A program made the translations under genes and the position numbers. A stretch of 63,729 nucleotides of DNA, filler included, from Reclinomonas americana ATCC 50394 (Eukaryota): assembly GCA_048213135.1 (NCBI GenBank). It is 8 parts of 4 records of this genome, joined end to end, with 100 filler letters (N's around TTAATTAATTAA, not from the genome) between each part and the next. Parts side by side here need not be neighbours in the genome. Positions count along the whole stretch, not along the records: positions 1 to 30,410 come from PS015018.1; 7 more parts are not named here. One strand, 5' to 3'. The notes under the pieces were generated by a model that was not told the origin of the DNA, did not search any database, and saw nothing but the letters and a program-made list of their open reading frames with translations. Shown one piece after another: positions 1 through 12,119 of the stretch. Positions within the stretch are counted from its first letter, which is position 1. Each line of letters opens with the position of its first letter.

Positions 1-374
1 GTCACTGCTCGCCAACAACGAGAATAGTTTGGCCGGTGCGCTGATGCAAGAGCGCAAGGAGCGCCAGTACGGTGCGCATCACGTCCGCAAGGCGCTGGAG
101 CTCACCGACGACGAGTACGACGAGCTGGCGAAGCACCTGAAGGTGGAGGTGACGCACACGGAGCGCGGTGTGCACCTCTCGTCGGCCATGCCGGAGGGCG
201 AGGCACTGCTGAAGGCGCAGCAGATTGCCAGGCAGGCGGCGCTGCGTGCGGCCGCTGGCACCCGTGTTTCCACGCCCGGCCACTCTGTCGGCAAGTTTAC
301 TCCGCCCGATGTGGAAGAGATGATCAAGGAGTGGGCTGTTTCGTACGCGCTTCTCTTCCTGTCGACCGTGCGCT

Positions 375-415
<41 letters not shown>

Positions 416-2388
416 TCTCGCACTCGCTAAGAAAATGGTGGTGGACTCGCTGCTGGAGGAGAACAATCAGCGCGCCAAGGACTACCCCGATGTGCTCACG
501 CTGACAACCGATTTGCCGTACGCCTACGTGGGCACGTCGGTTGTGACGGGCGATTTCAACGGCGATGGAGTGGTGAGTCTGAGACGACACAGTTCCTCCC
601 TTTTTTGCCCCCTTTGTTATCGTCACCTCTGCACCTCACAGCTGGAAATGGCTATCGGCGCCCCGGGCATCAGCGGACGCGACCAACCGAATGTCGGTGG
701 CGTGTTCATCATGTCCACTGGCAAGATCCAGGGCCGTCAGGCGATCGACCTCGCCACCCCCACTCTCACCGGTGGCAATGTGACGTCGGCTCGCTTCGGC
801 GCCTCGATGGCCGCTCTCGACTTCAACCTCGACGGCATCACCGACCTGGTGGTATCTGCGCCGTCCACGGGCCCCGGTGGCCCCACCAATCTCGACGACC
901 AATACCCGAAGCAGTACATTGGTGTGTGTGTCTTTCTCTCTCCCCTTCACTTTCCCGCAGCTGACGCTCACCACCCACCCACCAGGTCGCGTGTTTGTGT
1001 ACCTCGGACGACGCGGCAAGGGCCTCGTTGATCAGCCTGACATTGTGATTGACGGCGGCTTCTCGACGGAGACTGCCACCAACCTCGGCATCCGACTGGT
1101 GGCCGGCGACGTTGACGGCGACAAGCATGACGACCTGCTGATTGGTTCGCCGTACTCGCAAGTCGGTGGCGATCGCCGTGGTCGCGTTAATGTTGCGTGG
1201 TGTGCACGCAACCGCAAACTAAGAAGCGTTCTCAGCGTACTTCGTGCACTGTCAGATTTTGCTGTCGTCGGCAAAGCGCACCGCCGGCACCATCACTCTG
1301 GCCACACAGAGCGACTGGTCTGCCACCGGCAGCGTCGATCACGAGTGGTTCGGCAACGACATGACTGTGGCCGAGGATGACAGCGGTACTCGGTGAGGAG
1401 AATGTCTGCAGCGCGTGCGCGTGTCTCTCCGTTCCCTCCATGCCTGACTTGCTTTTGCCGTCAGCTACGTCATTGTTGGCGCTCCTGGCGCCCGACCAGC
1501 CAATGACACGCGCATGCAAGCCGCCGGTCGCGTGTACGGCTTTGCATACGGCAGCTCGACAACTGCCGGTACGTGAGAATGCATCAACAGTGCACGCACA
1601 CCAACGAGTGAGCCTCACGCTTCCACTCTTTGCACAGCGTTCACTCTCTCGGGTGGTGATCCGCAAATCATGGTCGGCCAGTCGGTGTCCTTTGGCCGTC
1701 TCGGCAGCAACAAGGAGCCGGTGCTGGCCGTCGGCGCGCCGTCGTACACACGCGCCAATGTGATTCAGTCGGGTGCGGCCTTTGTCGTCCGCCTGAACGG
1801 TCTGCGAGGAGATCAGGTGTGTGCGCCACCGTTTGGGAAGAGCACTGCATGCTGTGAGACTCATCCTCCGTGTCGCCGCAGATTCTGATTGCGGGCGGTC
1901 GCGTTTTCTCGGGCGTGCGCGCGACACTGTTCGGCTTGCAGCCGTTTGCGCGCTTCGGCTGGCAGCTGCAGTTTGCCGATTTTGAGGGCACTGGCAACTC
2001 GGATCTGGCCGTCAGCGCACCGTTGCGTCTGTCGAGCCCAGAGGGTGCCGACGAGGGTGCCATTTACGTGTGGCGCTCAACGAACTTGGCGCTGAGCTCC
2101 GGCACCAATGGCGCACTGTCGCTTACGGCCGACTTGCGAGTGGAGGACGACGTGCGAGTTACGTGTTGGCGCATGATTGTTCATGCCTTATGTTGCACTG
2201 CTGTGTTGACACTTGCTGGTTGCATGTAGGGCGGACGCTTTGGCAAGTTCGCCACCGTGGCCGACGTGGACGGCTCGGGTCGCGCCGACCTGGTGGTCTG
2301 CGCCCCCTACGCCTTCGATCCCGACCTGGTCGACAAGCCGCACGCGCGCTACACTGGCCGCACGCTCATCTTTGCCGACCCGCTGTAA
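1..2388 (+). CDS. GPLD1: Glycosylphosphatidylinositol-specific phospholipase D-like protein, C-terminal FG-GAP/integrin-alpha propeller part (5' end outside window, spliced)
   Basis: Spliced FG-GAP repeats in the order seen in GPLD1: YVGTSVVTGDFNGDG..AIGAPG, RFGASMAALDFNLDGITDLVVSAPS, NLGIRLVAGDVDGDKHDDLLIGSPY, RFGWQLQFADFEG. Ends TAA at 2386-2388. The catalytic N-terminal domain is not visible. Confidence 0.75.
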
Positions 2389-2546
2389 TTCATAACTTCG
2401 AGAGAGGAAAAAAACAGAAAGCCACACTAGCAACTCCTGATCGTTGCTGTAAGTGATGATGCTTGATGAAGGGGAATGAAGTCGTTTGTTTGTTTGTTGT
2501 GAGGCAGAGTCGCTTGTCCTGCGCCTCGCACTTTCCGATTTCGCGC

Positions 2547-4393
2547 ATGTCGCGAGTATGCAGTGTGCTCGTGTTGCTGTTCCTGGCGCTCTCCACATGC
2601 GCTCTTGGTGAGCAACTGCGTGAACGCTTGTCCTTATAACACTCACACACACTCACACAAAAGCTTACGCAGCGGAAAACACCATTGGCGCGTCCGACAG
2701 TGTGCTGCTCAGCTCGGTGAGGAGAGCACACGCGCGCGCATTCTCCTCCCTCCCTCTCTCTCACTCACACACACACTCTCTCTCACAGGCCTCCACCACT
2801 CAGCTCATTGATGCCGATGCACCACCTCTCATGCAAGGCATTCCCCGCCACCTGCACCAAATCTGGCGGCCGCACGCCAGTGCGCTGCAGACAGAGACCG
2901 GGGAGATGCCCGCGCACGCGGTCGAGCTGACTGCGCGCTGGAAGCAACTGCATCCGGGGTGGTCATACACGCTGTGGGGCGTGCAGGAGTGTGCGCAACT
3001 CTTGGCAGAGCACTACCCTGCGCTGGTGTCCGTGTACCTGCAACTATCGGCGTATCCCATTCAGCTGGTCGACATTTGTCGCTTGCACGTGCTGCATACG
3101 CTTGGTGGGGTGTACGTGGACATGGACATGCTGCCGTACCGATCGCTGGAGTTCCTCGTTGGCTCCACCAAGGTGTACCTGCCGACAGAGCCGGGACGCT
3201 CTGCTGAGAAGCACACGCGCGGGGTGATTGTGTCGAATGCACTGATGGCGGCGCCGCCCGGCCACCCGCTGTTGGAGCGTCTGATCCACGGTGCCATTGC
3301 GAAGCTGCAGAAAGGGTTGCCGGTACAGTTTGCCAGCTGGACGTTCATCTTGGAGACCACTGGTCCCTTCCTCCTCGGCAGTGTTATTGAGGAGGACGAC
3401 AGTGGTGTCCAGCTGCTGCATGCGGCGTACATGATGCCGATGTACTACGAACACATTGACCGACTGTGTGCGACAAACGATCTTGCGCGCTTCGCCGCCA
3501 TCACCTACGGCGCCTACGCCGTGCACCTGTTCGAGGGTAGCTGGTGGCGTGATGCAGTTCAACCGCAGTTTACTTGCCCGGGCCTTGTGCACTCACTGCC
3601 GCCGCCTCCGTGGCCGGTGGCGCCGGTCAACGACACGACGAGGGAGCCATCGCCTATTCCTCGCCGTCTGCACGTCATCTGGAATGAATCGCCCGAGTCG
3701 ACGCGTCTGGTCAACTTCCTGCAGCGGTTCCGTGATCTGCATGGCGCCGACTGGGAGATTCTGGTGTGGACCGACGAACTCATGCTGTCGGTGATGGAGG
3801 CGCACGCGCCGCCGGAGTGGTTGACGCTGTTTCGCAGCCTCCGCTACTCCATTCAGCGGTACGACATGTTCCGGTTGGCGATTGTGGGGCTCTACGGCGG
3901 TGTGTACCTGGACGTGGATGTGGAGCTGGAGCGCTCATTCAACGAGCTGCCATCGTACGTGACGGCGTTTTTCCCGTGCGAACGTGTGCTGAGCGACACC
4001 GAGTTGCTGCAGCAAGGTGTTGAGGCACGTGACGACACGCGTCTCGGCAACTACGCGTTTGGCGCCACCGCCGGCCACCGATTCCCCTTTTATGCGTTGC
4101 GCCGCATGATGGAGCGAATGAAGACCGAAGTGGAGGTGGCGGCGGAGATCGAGTTCGAGAGCTGCGTGCTGAACAGTACTGGATCCGGCCTCCTGACGGA
4201 CGTGTATCGAGAGTACATGGTGGCGTGGCTCGATCAACCGGCACTCGACCTCGAGTTTGTCACCGTCCTGGTGCCTGACCTCGGCGTGGAGGCGCACTGC
4301 CAGCACGAGGTGGTGCGTGGTGTCGTGCCGTGCCGCATCGGCATGTTTGGCCGCCACCTGGAGGAGCGATCGTGGTTGCAGGAGGTGCTGTAA
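2547..4393 (+). CDS. Secretory glycosyltransferase with two tandem GT32 (OCH1/SUR1-like, DXD) domains
   Basis: Signal-peptide exon MSRVCSVLVLLFLALSTCAL from ATG 2547, two short 5' introns, then one long exon. Domain 1: IPRHLHQIW...GGVYVDMD...SNALMAAPPGHP...TTGP. Domain 2: IPRRLHVIW...GGVYLDVD...GNYAFGATAGH...STGS. Confidence 0.85.
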
Positions 4394-4427
4394 ATAAAAA
4401 GACTAGAAGATTTACTATTGCGATTAT

Positions 4428-6483
4428 CTATTCGTCGTCGTCGTCGGCATGCCACTTGAGTGGACCAAAATTGCACTCGTCCAGCACCGGTCGCCAGAGC
4501 GGGCTGCCGCGGCGGATCGCCAGCAAGTCTTGCGTGCAGAATTTCTTAAAGTCGTCTCCCATGTCGAGCGGCCGATTGTGCATTGCACAGGCCTCGAAGA
4601 CGTCCTGCGTGGACACACGAGTGAGACACGGGGGATGGAAAAAAGGCAAGAAGCAAACAGAGTCGACACACCTGCCACCAGAGACCACCAATGGGCATGC
4701 ACACACCGGCACCGATTATAAACACGTCAAAGTCGCGTTCGTGGAGCCAGTCGACGAGATCTCGCAGCTTCGGCGTCCGCAGCGTGCCCACCGAGCGTGA
4801 GTGCGCCGGATCGGATGCCCACGATCGGCCCTCGGTGTACGCAATTCCTGTGAATTCGTCGTTCCAGTAGATGCCGTACTCGAAGGAGAACATGTCGACC
4901 TTGTTGCGACGGATCAGTCGTTCCATGCCCTTGATCACATACGAATCCCATCCTTCCACGTCGATCTGCGCAGCAAAAAAAAAAAATGAGTGAGGAGTTC
5001 TGCCAGGGTGGCCTGGCCGAGACGGCGTTGGATTCACCTTGATGTAGAACAGCTTCGTGTCGCCGGCAAGCAACGCCACGGCGCGTTCGTCACTCTCCGC
5101 AAAGTGATCCAACGAGACCACCGGCGTCCACATTGTCGGTCTGTCGGTAATACCAAACGACTGGTCGAGTGGCGTCGGCTGCCGCATCCTGCACCGGTGG
5201 ATAGAGTCAGCATGGCACCAACGGTGGCTCTTGCCGAGAAACTCACATGAGCATGCCGGGGTTGTTGGGATCCACGTTGCCGTACTGCGCACAGACGTGA
5301 GAAATCGATGAGACAGCAACGACAACCAACAACGACCACGCACCGTGCCAACTGTGCTGTACATTGGCTGCGCATCGCTCTCCTTGTCGCCGAGAGCGGT
5401 AAGCAACGGAGTCAGTCGCCCAGGTGGCAACTCGGCCGCCTCAGCAGTCAGCGTCTCGTACTGCGGCTGGAATGGCTCGAACGCAAACACACGCACGTCG
5501 TGCTTGCCAAAGGCACGCGCAAAGAATACAGCGTCGGAGCGATCGGCCGCCGTCTCCTTGGCCTTGATGCCGGCCGCCGAGTCACCGGCGCCTGTGCGTG
5601 CGTGTTGTGTGAGATGAGAAGAAGCGCAGGGGATCCGGAAGGGTGGTGGAAGACGCACCCACGTCGACAATGATCGGTGGTGTAAACTGCTCACGCTGCT
5701 CCTGCGAGAGCGCCAACGACGCGTCCTCGCGCAATCGCCGCCACACTCGACCCAGCTTCGCATGCAGCGTCTTCAACGGCGGTCCGTACGGACTCGTCGG
5801 CGAGTTGTACCGCAAACATGACACAGCGTTGGCGTAGAACCAATCGCTCAGCGTGTGCTTCCACCGCAGCACCCGCTGCTGCTGCCGCACCGCACTCGCC
5901 ACACTCTCCGGAACCTCTGCCAGTGTCCACTCATCGATTCCCGCGGGAAGTGGCACGCGTGCAGGCCTCGGCACTGATCTCAGGCAGCTCTCACTCGCCT
6001 GCAATGCAGCACACACACACACAGAGACGAAGAGTGAGGAAGGAAAAAACGAACTTGCAATCTGCGTCACAGACCTCGCGCGCTTTCTCCATTACACTGC
6101 GTGCGGTCTTGTCAATGACCTCGTCCACTGTGTAGTGCTCCTGCAACACAGCGTGCTCGTTCCACATGTGCGTCGCTGCATACATGCAACGCGAAGTTTT
6201 GAGAGTCGCGCACTCCTTCTTTCTCTTTGTGTGTGTGTGTGAGCGCACCTGCTTCCGTTGCACTGCGGCCCATGAGAAGAAGTGTGGCTCCTCTGTCATC
6301 GCCGAGTCGGAGCAGCGGAATGTGCACAGTGTCGACGAGGTCGACGGCCACAGCTTGCGACTTCCACATTTCCTCGACGTCGCGGTCTTTGTCGACCCAG
6401 CGCGTGGTGGCGTGGCTGTTGGCGCATACCACCACCACCAGCAGTGTGGCGAGGGCGACGAGGAGGGCGGTCACAAGTCGCAT
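4428..6483 (-). CDS. FkbM-family (Methyltransf_21) SAM-dependent methyltransferase with N-terminal signal peptide/anchor, multi-exon
   Basis: Hydrophobic start MRLVTALLVALATLLVVVVCA. Motifs IIVDVGA, VFAFEP, ALGD, SLDHF, YIK|IDVEGWD and SFEYG across GT-AG introns. Last exon ends ...HADDDDE*. Confidence 0.8.
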
Positions 6484-6554
6484 TAATGTATTGTGTGGGA
6501 CAAGTTGTCGTCCTCTGTCTCGCTTTGTCTTTTGTGCTGTTGCGAGAGAGGAGA

Positions 6555-6969
6555 ATGGAGGAGATGAACGATCCGGCTGCGTATGGACCTATGGGTCCAC
6601 TCGGTCCGCTTGGACAGCTGGGCCCGCTTGGTGAGGGAGATCGCAGCTTGCTTGCTTGCTTTGCATTCTTCCTTGTGTCTCATTGCTTGCAAAAGGTCCA
6701 CTGGGACCGCTTGGTAAGAGACACCCGGCCTGCCAGTGTACGTGTGTGCATATGTAGTTGCTTATAGTGTGTGTGTGCTTGCAGGCGAGCTTGGTCCGCT
6801 TGGTCCTCTTGGGCCTGTTGCTGTTCGTTTTTGTGTTATTTCTGAGTGCGCGTTTTCTTCTTTCGTTGCTTCTCACGATCAGCAGGCGGTCAACACTGGT
6901 GTACACGTGTACGAGGAGACGCTGAATGCCGGTGTGCAGGCCACCAAGGACATTTGTGATGCGCTGTGA
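6555..6969 (+). CDS. Small (about 70 aa) spliced protein with collagen-like Gly-Pro-Leu repeats
   Basis: Four small exons joined by GT-AG introns give MEEMNDPAAYGPMGPLGPLGQLGPLG/PLGPLG/ELGPLGPLGP.../AVNTGVHVYEETLNAGVQATKDICDAL*. Synonymous codon variation among the repeats supports coding. Confidence 0.55.
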
Positions 6970-7748
6970 TTCACGAGACGAGGGCGTGAATCCGGACACC
7001 TCGTTGCGAGAAGTGGTGGAGTGGAGGGGGAGAGGGAGAGGGAGAGGGAGGAGGTAGTAGGCGTGAGCTGGAGCAATGTATAGCAGCTCGGAGAACGAAG
7101 GGAAGCATGCACCAGTCACAGTGACAGATCTCCTCTTGTACTGTACATGTGTACAGATCTCTCAGCGCAGGGCGACTGCGTATGTATATGGACGTACCCG
7201 CTCTTCTGCCATAACCTCTCCTCTCCTCCGTCTTTTTCCTGCGGGGAAGACCAGTGCACCAGTCGCAAGAATTGTTCGTCGTTTGTGAGAGTTTCCCGAG
7301 GTGCTGGCGTGAAAAGGCACTTGCTTGTCGCCTTCTCATCACTAACTCTGTACGCGTGGCGTCGTGTCACCCACACGCACGAGGAGACAGCAGCCCGTCA
7401 TTCTCCTTGTCGATATTCGCGATCGGGGCCTCGCTTCCATTTTCAGCTGTGTCTCCAGTCGGTTGTCGGCGTCATCATGCACGGGTATGAGGTGTGCCCA
7501 CTGCTGCGCTGAGGCAACTGACAGCAACACCCATCGCTCCCTGCACTCGCCTCGTGCTGCACCGCCAATTTAACACGCAGCTGTGCACCTGTATCGCAAT
7601 ATCATGGTCAGGAGCAGAGCACTTCACCGCTCTCTGCAGTGCACGCTCACATCACTTCCTTCTCCTTCTTGCAGCTCATCATCTGGATTTCTTCATTGTT
7701 CATCGATTGCGATTGCTGTCCCCTCTCTCTCGTCTCCCCCCTCGCACT

Positions 7749-8693
7749 TTACGCCATGAACGCGGTCTTGTTGCGCTGCAGCCAACTGTGCAGTGTCGAG
7801 CGGCGACCGGTGAGCGCCTCCACATCGGGGTACGGCGTCTCGATGCGCGCAGTGCCGTCGAGAACGTGCGGCAACAGCGCCTCCACAAACTCGATTTCGT
7901 AGTCCGGCACGCCCGCGCCCTTCATGCCCTGCGCCGCCTGCTCAAACGGCACCTGCACCACCTCGATCGGCTTGCCCAGGGTCGCCGCCAGCAGCGCGCC
8001 AAAGTCCGCGTACGAGAAGCTCTCGGGGCCCGACACATGCACCAGGTGCAGCTCGTCCTCGTAGCCGGTGCTGACCGGCGGCGGGTTGCGCAACAGCGCC
8101 GCTGCCGTGTGGCCAATATCGTCGGGGTCGACCACCGCCATGCGCTTGTCGCGCATGGGCGTGTAGATCGTGCTGCGAGCCTTGACGCTGTTGGCGGCCG
8201 CGAGGAAATTCGACATGAAAAAGCCGGAGCGCAGCACCGCCGCGTGGTGCGGGAACACCTCCGCCGCCGTGCGTTCCACCGACCCGAAGTCCAAGTCGAA
8301 CCGCGGGTGCGGGTGCGCGGCCGTCCACGACCCCGCCACCACAATGTCAATGACCTTCGCCACGCGCGCGGCACGGATCATGCACTCGGTCATGCGACCG
8401 CGGTCGGGGTGATGCGGGGTCACCAGGAACGCGCCCTGCACACACGCCAGTGCCTGTGCGATCTTGCCCTCGTCCTCGGCATCGTCGCACACGCGGCACT
8501 CGATGGCGCGCGGGTCAGTGTTCGAAAAGCGCGCGCGGATCTCAGCCGCGCGCTCTTCTGAACGCACAATGGCCACAATCTGGAACTTGTCCGCGTGTGG
8601 CACCATGGCCTCCAGGAAGGCATAGCCCGACTGCGACGTCGCGGGGTACACGGCCACAGCGGGCTTGGCGGGAGCGGATTGATACGAGCCCAT
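7749..8693 (-). CDS. NmrA-like / atypical SDR NAD(P)-binding protein (intronless)
   Basis: 314-aa ORF with VAVYPATSQSG (degenerate GATG motif), ALACVQGAFLVTP, LRSGFFMSNF, VDPDDIGHTAAALL and VSGPESFSYADFGALLAATLGKPIEV. Confidence 0.85.
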   Translation of the reverse strand: MGSYQSAPAKPAVAVYPATSQSGYAFLEAMVPHADKFQIVAIVRSEERAAEIRARFSNTDPRAIECRVCDDAEDEGKIAQALACVQGAFLVTPHHPDRGRMTECMIRAARVAKVIDIVVAGSWTAAHPHPRFDLDFGSVERTAAEVFPHHAAVLRSGFFMSNFLAAANSVKARSTIYTPMRDKRMAVVDPDDIGHTAAALLRNPPPVSTGYEDELHLVHVSGPESFSYADFGALLAATLGKPIEVVQVPFEQAAQGMKGAGVPDYEIEFVEALLPHVLDGTARIETPYPDVEALTGRRSTLHSWLQRNKTAFMA

Positions 8694-8934
8694 TTCTCTG
8701 CATGCGAGCGGAGAAATTATTTTGTGAGTTCAACTGGCCGAGAAAGAGTGGGGAGTAGGGGGGAGCGGCGGTGCACACACGTGCATGCACGAGAGAGAGA
8801 GAGAGCACATGAGCGCAAGACGCAACGAGGAAGGTGGAACGAAAGCAAATTGTGAGTGCGGGACACGCGACGTCGCCGCTTTCCAAAAGGAGAGTTTGCG
8901 TCAGCGCGTGTTTGTTGTTGCGCTAAATATTTAC

Positions 8935-11900
8935 ATGAGTGCCCCGCCGCCACAGCCTCATGATGTTGCCGCGCCTGTGGCCACTGCAGCCATAACTGGC
9001 ATGCCTGTTGTTGCAGTTGGTGCGCGCGCCGAACCACGCGAGGGGGAGGACCAAACTCTTACCGAACAACGTGAAGCAATGCCAGCCGCCAAGGTGCAGC
9101 AATCGCCAGCGACTCCGTGGCTTCACCGGCCTGACAATGTGGAGACCGCGCAACGGTGCGCTTGCGTGTGTGCGAGAGAGAAATGAGAGAGGGAGACTGT
9201 GTGAGAAGTTTTTCGTGTAGATTCGATCAGATGCGCGTGTGCGTGCCCGCTTACTTCCTCCTTCCTTCTCTGTCGCCATTGTGTGTATGTGCGTATGGAG
9301 CGCAGGGTGCGGGAGAAGCTGGCGACGCACATTGACGTTGCGTTGGTGGTGTGCACTGGCCAAGATGGTGCGCGAGATGGCCACGATCTCGAACTCACTT
9401 GCTCTCTCTCTATGTTCTTGCGTTCTCTGTTGTTCGCAGTGGCTGAACGCGGCAGAGGTGTCGGCTGCGGAGCACTTGTCGGGTGAGTCGCACAGTCGAA
9501 GAGTGGTGTGGAGTTTTCAGTCCGCAAATGGCAAGAGTTTCCTGACATTCCTTCCTTCGATATCATTCACATCAGCGCTTCTCGGGCAAAAGGGACGCGA
9601 TGGCAGTCGCATTCGCATGGCAGAGGACGAGCTCACTGACATTCGCGAGCGCCGCGACCGAGTTCCGCCACTCCTCGCACACACCTTCAACGCACGGCTG
9701 TTGACTCACTCTTCTCGTCTCCGCAGCTGGTGACGTTGCTCCAGTTCGCCACTGGATGTGTGCATCGCGAGGAAGGGACTGCTATCACCAAGCCTGCTTC
9801 TTCTTCACCTTCGCCTTCGCCTTCATCGTCTCTGGCACCCGGTCGCATGGCGTTTGTGGTGCCAGCAGTGTTGTTTCAGATTGCGATGATTGTGCTCTTC
9901 TGGCGCACCACCGACTACGCCGACGGGCACAACGAGGAGCTGCAGCTGGGCGCACATTTCCGCGTCGAGGATCATTATGTGTTGCGTGGCAAGAGGAGAA
10001 AGAGAGGGAGGGAGGGAAAGGGAGATGATAGATGATCGAGCAGAAGCGATCTTCTCCATGCCTCTGTGTCCGTGCAGTCGCACCCCATCTGTTCTGGTAC
10101 TTGCTGTCCACTCGCTCACTAGTTTCACGTCTCTCTTTCTCACTTCACGTTCTCTCTTTCCACTGCCGTTCTCTGTTGTACGTCCGCACGCCGGCAAGAC
10201 TCCTTTCTCGCACGTTCTCAACACTCGTAATTCTTGTTCCACCGTCGCTCTCTGTTGACTCTTGTCTCCCTCCCTCCCTTCTTCTCATCACCTTCTTCTC
10301 ATCTCCTCCTTCTCCCCGCTCCCAACAGCCTGTACCTCGGCATCGTGATTATGATGCTCATCGGCTTTGGCTACCTGATGACATTCCTGCGCCGCTCCGG
10401 CTTCATGTCGCTGGGCATGACGTTTTTCATCACGGCCATGTGCATTCAGTGGGGCGTGTTGAACATTGGCTTCTTCGACAAGGTCGCCGAGCGCGCCGCC
10501 ACCGGCGTGTGGTCCACTCTGCAGATCGACGTGCGGTACCCCATCGAGGGCTGCTTTGCCGCCGCCACCGTGCTCATCACGTTTGGAGTGGTCATTGGCC
10601 GTGTGTCGTCGGTGCAACTGCTGTACATGACGATCCTCGAGGTGATGATGTACGCCGTCAACTTTTACATTGGGCACTACCATTTCCATGCCACGGATGC
10701 CGGAGGAAGGTGAGTGTGATGAGGAAGAGTGCGCATCTTTATTCGCGGAGCTCACCGCATCGCATCGCCAGCATGTACATTCACATGTTTGGCGCATTCT
10801 TCGGCCTCTCCATGTCGGCCGTCCTCGGCGTGCGTCATTTTGCCGGTCTCACTCCACCCGCGGACATGTCGTCGGTGTATCATTCAGATCTGTCGTCCAT
10901 GATCGGCACCATCTTTTTGTGGATGTTGCGTCTCGCTCTCGTCTTCTCCGATTCACACAGCATTGTGCTCACATTGCTTCTGTGCCGCAGTTTGTTGCGT
11001 TCAGCACGCAGCGGTTTTCATCCTGCATGCAGACCTCTCACTGTTTCTCTATCTTCTCCTCCTTCCCCTCAGCTGGCCGTCGTTCAACTGCGACCCTGCT
11101 GGCAACAATCAGTATCGCGCCATTATCAACACAGTGCTGTCGCTGCTCGGCGCCATTGTCATGACGTTTTGCACCACGCGCTACCTGTGCGGGCACTTCA
11201 ATATGGTGCACGTGCAGAACGCCACCATTGCCGGTGGTGTGGCGATGGGTGCCTGTGCGGATCTCACGATCAGCCCGGGGGTGAGTCTTGTAAACGCTCG
11301 CACGCGCGCACCTGCTTTAGTGGTGCTCTTGGCTGACGCTTGACTTTGCCGCGGCAGTCGGCACTTACGATTGGCTCGATTGCTGGTGTGCTGTCGACCG
11401 TCGGCTTCACCTACGCGTCTCCGTGGCTGCTGCATCGGTTCCACTTGCAAGACACGTGCGGCGTCGCCAATCTGCACTGCATGCCGGGTCTGCTGGGCGG
11501 CTTTGCTGCGGTGGTGGCCACCGCCGTCGCCACACCCACCCTCTACCCGGGCGACCAGTACCAGGAGCTGTTCCACAACGGCAAGCATCAGCCACTGTAC
11601 CAGCTGGCCACCATGGGTGTCACCATTGGCATCTCCGTGGTCGGCGGCGCACTCACCGCCTTTGTGGTGCGCTCGTCGTGCGATTTCCTTTCGCGCCGCC
11701 TGCGCTCACCATATCCCTCACGCCTCGCGCACGCAGTTGATGATGCTGCCGGGCACGCCAGAGAGCGAATTCTACAAGGACGGGTGCGAGTGGTCGGTGC
11801 CAGAGTCGTACGCCAACCCGCTGCTGAGCGCCGAGTTCGGTTTGTGGCTCTCCCGAGCCTCCCTACACAAGGTCTGTCACCCGCTGCGATCCACGTGCAC

Positions 11901-12119
11901 AAACCGCCTGTCACTAACGAAGCCACATGTATGCACCAGACGCTGAACGATCGCCACAACGCCACAGTCGACATCTTTTCACCGATGGCACCGGGCGACA
12001 TGGAACTCAAGGTGCTCTCAACTCCGGGCAACCTGCGAAGCCCGAATCAAGTGCACTCCATGATGACGCCCGCCGGCATGACCACACACGCCTCCGATAT
12101 CTCGGCGTCGTTGGAGTAA
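8935..12119 (+). CDS. Rh-type ammonium/CO2 channel (Amt/Mep/Rh family), multi-exon; 5' extent uncertain (core from about 9847)
   Basis: Rh motifs MMLIGFGYLMTFLRR, DAGGSMYIHMFGAFFGL, YHSDLSSMIGTIFLW, WPSFN, HVQNATIAGGVAMG and LQDTCGVANLHCMPG. Both pore histidines are present. Stop TAA at 12117-12119. Confidence 0.9.

Noticed and set aside
7125-7165. Short palindrome CTGTACA-TG-TGTACAG flanked by AGATCTC
   Set aside because: It is too short and single-copy, with no TIR/TSD structure or other support.
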